Origin: Bacteroidota bacterium
GTDB taxonomy: Bacteria > Bacteroidota > Bacteroidia > Chitinophagales > LD1
Length of the DNA stretch: 64,000 nt
Reading direction: 5' to 3'
NCBI GenBank assembly: GCA_016722375.1
Contig: JADKJG010000005.1
Location: forward strand, 130,435-194,434
The number at the start of each line of letters is the position of its first letter. The stretch's first letter is position 1. A program made the translations under genes and the position numbers. Below the pieces are notes generated by a model that was not told the DNA's origin, did no database searches, and saw nothing but the letters and a program-made list of their open reading frames with translations. Of the stretch, positions 58,117-64,000 are shown one piece after another.

Positions 58117-59517
58117 TTAACTATTTCCCTCCCCCGGTTTACCGTCCTTCACGGGGACGGCCTTTAGCTCAATACCACTCTTTATGTCCTCTTCATATTG
58201 CTTATATATATGCTCGAAGGAAAGGCCGATGTCAAAATCGGCAAGTACAGATTCGATATAGGGTGTAGGATCAAAACCGGTATTGTGGCAATAGATAAGC
58301 ATGAACCAGCAGATATGGAACAGCCGCTGTGCAAATTCCTGAAAGCCTTCCCCTTCGAAGGTCACAGAGCCATCGGCTTCATTTACTGGTAGCCTTTTAT
58401 CCAATATCAGGTCACCCATCAGGAAATAAGCCCTTGCGTCGTGGTCCTGAAGAAAGAAGAATATACAGGGAACACTTTTGCACATACCGGATATCCAGCG
58501 CATCGGTATCGGTTGGCCTTTCCAGCCGTCGTCGGTCATCGGGTTTCCATCGCGGTTCAGAAAATTGAGTTGCACCGAAAAAAGAAATTTTTCGATGAGC
58601 TTTGGAAAATGCTGCAGCGTCATCACCAGTTCATCCATGTAGGCCGTTTGACCGGATTTCACCACATCCATATCCACAGATATGACCAGCGTTTTGTTTT
58701 GTCCGCTGCCCATCAGTCCCATACTGTTTTTAAACTTTTGGATACGCTCGTCGCCGGGTGGCATCAGGTATTTGGGTTTGGTTTTAGGGTCACCGGTTCC
58801 GTTGGCATAGCTTTCGGAAAGCGAGCAGTCCAGCATTTTTCCGTCATCATAAAAATCTGAAGCCAGCTTTTTGGTTTCATCCCATTCGCGGTAGGCTTCG
58901 CCCACCCGGTAATTCAATTCACCATAACGATTCACTATTCTGCTGCATCGTTTTTCAAAATCGCGGAGTTTAGTGAAGCGCCCCTTGAAATCATCGAAGT
59001 CGCTGTCGAAAGCGGTAAGGTCGAGCGAATATTTAGCGTGGTTTTTATAAAACTCATCAGTCTCATTTCTGAACTTGTCATAAACCTTATTCACGGCTTC
59101 ATTCAATTCATTAAACCGGTTGTAGTCTTTCTCGATGTTTTCGAACTCGTTATAAACCGGAGCCAGCTCTTCTTCATGAAAATCATTCACGGTTGGGTAG
59201 TAAGCCTGGATACGTTCCATAAGGTCGTTAACCGCCTCGGTGCTTTTTAACTTGGTTGTAAGCACTTCGGCCTCATTTTTAAAAGCTTGTAAGGTTTCAG
59301 CAACCGGTTTGAATTTTTCGTCCACCGCCTTCACTTTGTCTTCAAACTCGGTGTATAGATAAAGCAAGCGCTCGGCTTCCTTGTTTAATTCCTGCATGCG
59401 CGAATGGAGCGCGAGGTAGGATTCGAACAGTTGTTTCTCGTATTCAGACTCGGGTATGGATGGGTCGTAGCGTAGGTTGATGGTCCGCAAGGGGTGTGGT
59501 GTCTTCCGTTCTTTCAT
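58117..59517 (-). CDS. hypothetical protein: N-terminal ~230 aa predicted coiled-coil/helical, C-terminal ~200 aa globular domain
   Basis: 466-aa ORF with no internal stops. The N-terminal half is E/K/F/N-rich with heptad-like spacing. I recognise no catalytic motif. Confidence 0.6.
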   Translation of the reverse strand: MKERKTPHPLRTINLRYDPSIPESEYEKQLFESYLALHSRMQELNKEAERLLYLYTEFEDKVKAVDEKFKPVAETLQAFKNEAEVLTTKLKSTEAVNDLMERIQAYYPTVNDFHEEELAPVYNEFENIEKDYNRFNELNEAVNKVYDKFRNETDEFYKNHAKYSLDLTAFDSDFDDFKGRFTKLRDFEKRCSRIVNRYGELNYRVGEAYREWDETKKLASDFYDDGKMLDCSLSESYANGTGDPKTKPKYLMPPGDERIQKFKNSMGLMGSGQNKTLVISVDMDVVKSGQTAYMDELVMTLQHFPKLIEKFLFSVQLNFLNRDGNPMTDDGWKGQPIPMRWISGMCKSVPCIFFFLQDHDARAYFLMGDLILDKRLPVNEADGSVTFEGEGFQEFAQRLFHICWFMLIYCHNTGFDPTPYIESVLADFDIGLSFEHIYKQYEEDIKSGIELKAVPVKDGKPGEGNS

Positions 59518-59726
59518 GGGCGAAATTTAGAAACGAAGTTAGAGAAAATTTAGCTTATTTCAAGAGGACTTTGCAGCTTCTTTTGAAAATCAAGTTTATT
59601 GAATATCCTCTCTCTACATTCTCTTCATGTCTTCGTCTAAAGCCTACCGTGTGGACACAACTTTAAAATGGCAACATGTTACAAAACCATTCTATTGTTT
59701 GCACTTTTAACGATTATCGGATAAAA

Positions 59727-59811
59727 AATACAGTTTAACGCAAAGAATTCAGTCGTTGACTATATCTTTTGCGCTCTTTGCGCGGCTGTTCACTTTGCGT
59801 TAAACTGTATT
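59727..59811. repeat. perfect 19-bp inverted repeat with a 47-nt structured spacer
   Basis: aatacagtttaacgcaaag (59727-59745) pairs with ctttgcgttaaactgtatt (59793-59811). The spacer holds the small hairpins agtc-gtt-gact and gcgc-tcttt-gcgc. It is followed by cggttttt. Confidence 0.85.
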
Positions 59812-60121
59812 CGGTTTTTCAAATCCAAACAGCTTCTTATTTTCCGATAAAATATTTTTAAAAATCAAGATCAAAAACAGGCAATATTTTATTTTTTGCT
59901 GTGGATTTAATAAATATCGCTACCTGAATTTATTTCACAGCTAATAAAATCATTTTAATTTCCGATATAAATAAAAATAAAGAAAGCAGATAATTTTATA
60001 GGGTCTTCAGTATATTTTCAAAAGGCGGCTTATTTTTATATAAATCAAACGAAATTATTTTAGTTGCCAATTATTTATCTCATTTTTGATGTAGTTTAAT
60101 TTGTAAAATAAATTCGGAATC

Positions 60122-60739
60122 ATGGCAAAAGACATTATCCCCGGCAAGGACGGCGATTTAAAAAATTGGTTGGAAGTTTTTAAAGTCGGCATTGGGCAAC
60201 TTGGCGTGAATGTCGGTTTGAGCAATGCTCAAATTATAGCCGCGCAGGATTTGTGCCTCGAATTCAGCCAGCAAATCACCATTGCTCATCAGGCAAAGGT
60301 GGCTGCCAAAAAAGAAAACGCCAAAAAGAAATCCATGCGCACCACCCATTTGCAGCCCTTGCGAAAATTGATGAAGCGCGTTAAAATTTCAGGCGATTAT
60401 AATCCCAGCATGGGCAAACAAATGGGCATTATTGCTACCCGGCCAGTCTTTCAGCCGCACGAATACAAGCCGGTTTTGAAAGTGGGCGCATCCGGCCAAT
60501 TGATAAAAATAAGTTTCAAGAAAAAAGGAGTAGAACGCTTAGAATTTTATGGCATGAAAAATGGCAGCGAGGCCTGGCAGTTCATCGGCACACGGTCGCA
60601 TAGCCCTTTCTATTTCAAGCCACCGGATGAGCTGACAGGCTCGGGCGAAAAATGGATCATCAAAGCGGTGGGAATTATCAAGGATAAACCGATAGGCCAA
60701 TACAGCGATTTAGTAACGGTGATGTATCTTCATAATTAA
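60122..60739 (+). CDS. hypothetical protein (helical N-terminus, beta-rich C-terminus)
   Basis: 205-aa ORF preceded by about 600 bp of AT-rich ORF-free DNA. I recognise no motifs. Confidence 0.55.
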   Translation: MAKDIIPGKDGDLKNWLEVFKVGIGQLGVNVGLSNAQIIAAQDLCLEFSQQITIAHQAKVAAKKENAKKKSMRTTHLQPLRKLMKRVKISGDYNPSMGKQMGIIATRPVFQPHEYKPVLKVGASGQLIKISFKKKGVERLEFYGMKNGSEAWQFIGTRSHSPFYFKPPDELTGSGEKWIIKAVGIIKDKPIGQYSDLVTVMYLHN

Positions 60740-60840
60740 TAGACGAGAAATTAAACGCCGCAGCGCTGCCGAGTTTTTTTGGACATGAAGACCTGTCATT
60801 TTCTGATTTTGCTTTCTTTGTGTCTTAACGATTATTCATC

Positions 60841-61701
60841 ATGAAGGGAATTATACTCGCCGGAGGGTCGGGCACCCGGCTCTATCCTATTACTTACGCC
60901 ATCAGCAAACAAATGATGCCGATTTATGATAAGCCGATGATCTATTATCCGCTGTCGGTGCTGATGAAGGCGGGCATCAACGAAATTCTCATTATCTCTA
61001 CTCCTACTGACTTGCCCAATTTTGAAAGATTGTTGGGTGATGGAAAGCGATATGGCTGCAAGTTTTCTTATCAAGTGCAGGAAGTTCCCAATGGATTGGC
61101 GCAGGCTTTTGTGTTGGGTGAAAAATTTATCGGCAAGGACAGTGTCGCGCTGATTTTGGGCGACAATATTTTTTATGGCAGCGGATTAGACCAACTGCTG
61201 AAATCTATGGTGAATCCAAATGGCGGGGTAGTTTTTGCCTATCACGTTTCAGATCCGGAGCGTTATGGAGTGGTCGAGTTTAATGCAGACGGCAAAGCAA
61301 TTTCTATTGAAGAAAAACCGGTCAAACCAAAATCAAACTTTGCTGTTCCGGGATTATATTTTTATGATAATGAAGTGGTGCAGATTGCTAAAAATCTAAA
61401 ACCCAGTCCACGCGGCGAATACGAAATCACCGATGTAAATAAACAGTATCTTCACGACGGGAATTTACAAGTAGGCATTTTGGATCGAGGTACCGCCTGG
61501 TTGGATACCGGCACCTTTGATTCGCTGATGCAGGCTTCGCAGTTTGTGCAGGTGATTGAACAAAGGCAGGGATTGAAAGTGGGTTGTATTGAAGAAGAAG
61601 CTTGGAGACAAGGATTTATTTCCAAAGAACAATTACATAACTTGGCCGAGCCTTTAATGAAAAGTGGTTACGGAAAATATTTAATGGAATTGATTTCGTA
61701 A
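60841..61701 (+). CDS. rfbA: glucose-1-phosphate thymidylyltransferase
   Basis: '[18 protein letters not shown]' and 'LGDNIFYG...YGVVEF' match the RmlA pattern. Confidence 0.9.
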   Translation: MKGIILAGGSGTRLYPITYAISKQMMPIYDKPMIYYPLSVLMKAGINEILIISTPTDLPNFERLLGDGKRYGCKFSYQVQEVPNGLAQAFVLGEKFIGKDSVALILGDNIFYGSGLDQLLKSMVNPNGGVVFAYHVSDPERYGVVEFNADGKAISIEEKPVKPKSNFAVPGLYFYDNEVVQIAKNLKPSPRGEYEITDVNKQYLHDGNLQVGILDRGTAWLDTGTFDSLMQASQFVQVIEQRQGLKVGCIEEEAWRQGFISKEQLHNLAEPLMKSGYGKYLMELIS

Positions 61702-61762
61702 AACAGAAAAAAAGCGCGGAAAGCCCTCTCCGCCTCTTTATATTTTAGTTATAAATAAAACC

Positions 61763-62701
61763 ATGAAAAATAAAATTCTCATCACCGGTGGCGCCGGATT
61801 TATCGGTAGTTGTCTAGCCGATAGGCTGATTGAAAACCCCGACAATTTTGTGTTGCTTGTAGATGATCTTTCTACCGGAAATATCAAACGCCTGCCCAAT
61901 AAAAAACATACTAATTGGAAATTCATCAAGTGCGATTGCAACGAGTATCGCGATATATCTGCCGTGATGATGGCCTACCGGTTTGACTATGTGTTTCATT
62001 ATGCCGCCGTAGTGGGAGTGAAAAGAACACTGGAAAATCCGGTTTCGGTTTTGCGCGATATACAGGGTATTCGCTATGTACTAGAGTTATGTAAAAACAC
62101 CGGAGTGAAACAGGTGTTCTATTCTTCTTCCTCCGAGGTATATGGTGAACCTTTTGAGCACCCACAAAACGAATTGACCACGCCACTCAACTCCCGTTTG
62201 CCATACGCGGTGGTGAAAAATGTGGGTGAAGCGTTTATTCGTTCCTTCAAACAGGAATATGGTTTGGATTACACCATCTTCCGCTTTTTCAATACATACG
62301 GTCCGAAACAGAGTACTGATTTTGTGATGTCGAAATTCATTAAAGCAGCGGTGGCAGGCCACAAAATATCTATTTACGGTGACGGTAAACAGACGAGAAC
62401 ATTTTGCTACAAGGACGACAACATTGATGCTTGCATCAACGCCATGGAAACAAATACGTATTTGAATGATGTGGTCAATATAGGGAGCGATAACGAGATG
62501 ACAGTAATCGAACTAGCTCAAGCAATTATTAAAATAACAAACTCAAAATCAGAAATGGTTCATCTGCCCGCCCTAATAGAAGGGGATATGACCAGAAGAA
62601 AGCCGGATATTGCCAAGATGAAAAAGATATTGGGCAGACCGATGATAACAATTGAGGAAGGAATCCGCAAGACTATCGAAAGCGGACAGTATAACTTCTA
62701 A
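61763..62701 (+). CDS. NAD-dependent epimerase/dehydratase (UDP-glucuronate decarboxylase-like)
   Basis: 'ILITGGAGFIGS', 'SSSEVYG', 'YAVVK' (the YxxxK catalytic motif). Confidence 0.8.
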   Translation: MKNKILITGGAGFIGSCLADRLIENPDNFVLLVDDLSTGNIKRLPNKKHTNWKFIKCDCNEYRDISAVMMAYRFDYVFHYAAVVGVKRTLENPVSVLRDIQGIRYVLELCKNTGVKQVFYSSSSEVYGEPFEHPQNELTTPLNSRLPYAVVKNVGEAFIRSFKQEYGLDYTIFRFFNTYGPKQSTDFVMSKFIKAAVAGHKISIYGDGKQTRTFCYKDDNIDACINAMETNTYLNDVVNIGSDNEMTVIELAQAIIKITNSKSEMVHLPALIEGDMTRRKPDIAKMKKILGRPMITIEEGIRKTIESGQYNF

Positions 62702-62704
62702 TCC

Positions 62705-63742
62705 ATGACGAATAAGAAACCAAAAATTCTAGTCACCGGTGGCTGTGGCTACATCGGCTCGCATACCATAGTAGATTTATTGAACCACGGCTTTGATGCC
62801 ATCAGCATAGACAGCAATATGCGGTCGAAGGCGGCCACCACAGAGCGCATCGAGGCGGTTACCGGTAAAAAGATTGTCAACCACCCAATAGATTTGTGCG
62901 ACAAGGAAGCCGTCCGTAAAATATTCAAAGAGGAAGGAAAGATAGACGGTATCATTCATTTTGCTGCTTTAAAATCGGTTCCCGAATCGGTGAACAAACC
63001 CTTGCTTTATTATCGCAACAACCTAGATTCATTGCTCAATCTTCTTGAACTTGCCGAAGAATTCAGCATCCGAGATTTTGTGTTTTCATCGTCCTGTTCG
63101 GTGTATGGCAATGCTACTGAATTGCCGGTTATGGAAACCACTCCCTTAGGTGATGCTGAATCTCCCTATGCGCGCACCAAGCAGATGGGCGAAGGCATCA
63201 TACACGACTTTGCGAAGATTTCTGAAGCTGGAAGATATATTATGCTTCGCTATTTCAATCCGGTGGGCGCACATGAAAGCGGAAAACTGGGAGAAGATTC
63301 TACCGACGTGGTGACCGCCATCGTTCCCCGTATTACCGGTGTTGCGATTGGAAAGTTTAAAGATTTCACTGTTTTTGGAAATGACTACGATACCCGCGAC
63401 GGCACCTGTGTTCGTGATTATATTCACGTGATGGATATTGCAAATGCACATACCAAAGCGCTACAATATCTGATGGAAAATAAGAATCAGGAAAACTGTG
63501 AGGTGTTCAATCTAGGCACCGGTAACGGAGTTACGGTACTGGAAGCCATCCATTCTTTTGAGAAAGTGAGCGGCGAAATGCTGAACTGGAAAACCGGAGC
63601 ACGTAGGTCGGGTGATGTGGTTGCTATTTACGCAGACAATCAAAAAGCAAAAGATAAATTGGGTTGGAAAATTGAGCGCGACCTCGACCTCATGATGCGC
63701 ACAGCTTGGGAGTGGGAAAAAATTCTCGCCGGTAGGGCGTGA
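62705..63742 (+). CDS. galE: UDP-glucose 4-epimerase
   Basis: 'ILVTGGCGYIGSH', 'SSSCSVYG', 'PYARTK', 'DGTCVRDYIHVMD'. Confidence 0.9.
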   Translation: MTNKKPKILVTGGCGYIGSHTIVDLLNHGFDAISIDSNMRSKAATTERIEAVTGKKIVNHPIDLCDKEAVRKIFKEEGKIDGIIHFAALKSVPESVNKPLLYYRNNLDSLLNLLELAEEFSIRDFVFSSSCSVYGNATELPVMETTPLGDAESPYARTKQMGEGIIHDFAKISEAGRYIMLRYFNPVGAHESGKLGEDSTDVVTAIVPRITGVAIGKFKDFTVFGNDYDTRDGTCVRDYIHVMDIANAHTKALQYLMENKNQENCEVFNLGTGNGVTVLEAIHSFEKVSGEMLNWKTGARRSGDVVAIYADNQKAKDKLGWKIERDLDLMMRTAWEWEKILAGRA

Positions 63743-63812
63743 AAATACTTCCAGCACCGAGCCGGAGGAATGTTTATTTATATTTACTTTTGAGTGGGTC
63801 ATTTCAGTGCAC

Positions 63813-64000
63813 ATGTTGTTAGAAATTAAACAGGAAGGGCGGTTCAAATATGCCGAGACCGGCACCGGTGAGGTGCTGTTATTGTTGCATGGATTATTTG
63901 GTGCGTTAAGCAATTTTGAACATCTGATCAACAGTTTTTCGGATAGGTTCAGAATCATAATTCCGATATTGCCCCTGTATGATTTGAAGCCCGAGCAAAC
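63813..64000 (+). CDS. alpha/beta hydrolase, 3'-truncated by the window edge
   Basis: Open from the ATG at 63813 to the window end. 'GTGEVLLLLHGLFGALSNFEHLI' is a typical N-terminal HG oxyanion region. Confidence 0.55.
   Translation, partial: MLLEIKQEGRFKYAETGTGEVLLLLHGLFGALSNFEHLINSFSDRFRIIIPILPLYDLKPEQ

Noticed and set aside
59727-59811. Long inverted repeat as a retron msr/msd-type element
   Set aside because: No reverse transcriptase gene is present anywhere nearby, and no recognisable msr-type conserved G context is visible.

Overview
This 64 kb segment looks like a Bacteroidota chromosome. The evidence is several proteins ending in T9SS C-terminal sorting domains, TAnnTTTG-type -7 promoter boxes, a CzcA-CzcC fusion, and the overall gene content. 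I recognise about 60 protein-coding genes and two tRNAs (Thr-CGU, Asn-GUU). I see no rRNA, CRISPR array, transposase or integrase. Most of the window is housekeeping (idi, msrA, hpt, ndh, nadD, corA, dnaN, asd, rfbA, galE). There are also three functional clusters: a T9SS cargo cluster (7.5-18.8 kb) whose giant first gene is broken by an in-frame TGA and a frameshift; a czc-type metal efflux cluster (25.1-32.4 kb); and a Crp/Fnr-headed thiol/oxidative-stress cluster (32.5-35.5 kb). The stand-out is a low-GC two-gene operon at 55184-58044. It encodes a SIR2-like (NADase-fold) protein translationally coupled to a HerA-like ATPase, which is the architecture of SIR2-HerA abortive-infection anti-phage systems. 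It sits in a small accessory stretch (about 53.1-60.8 kb) downstream of tRNA-Asn, together with a repeat-flanked DUF559 endonuclease-like gene and three proteins of unknown function. A second unexplained signal is three dispersed intergenic arrays (6949-7157, 41422-41652, 53103-53417). They are degenerate tandem repeats that all keep a 21-bp register but have unrelated unit sequences. Several reading-frame disruptions (near 900, 11667, 14460 and 52965-53000) suggest either assembly indel errors or real gene decay. All functional calls come from motif recognition by eye; no database searches or computed statistics were available.
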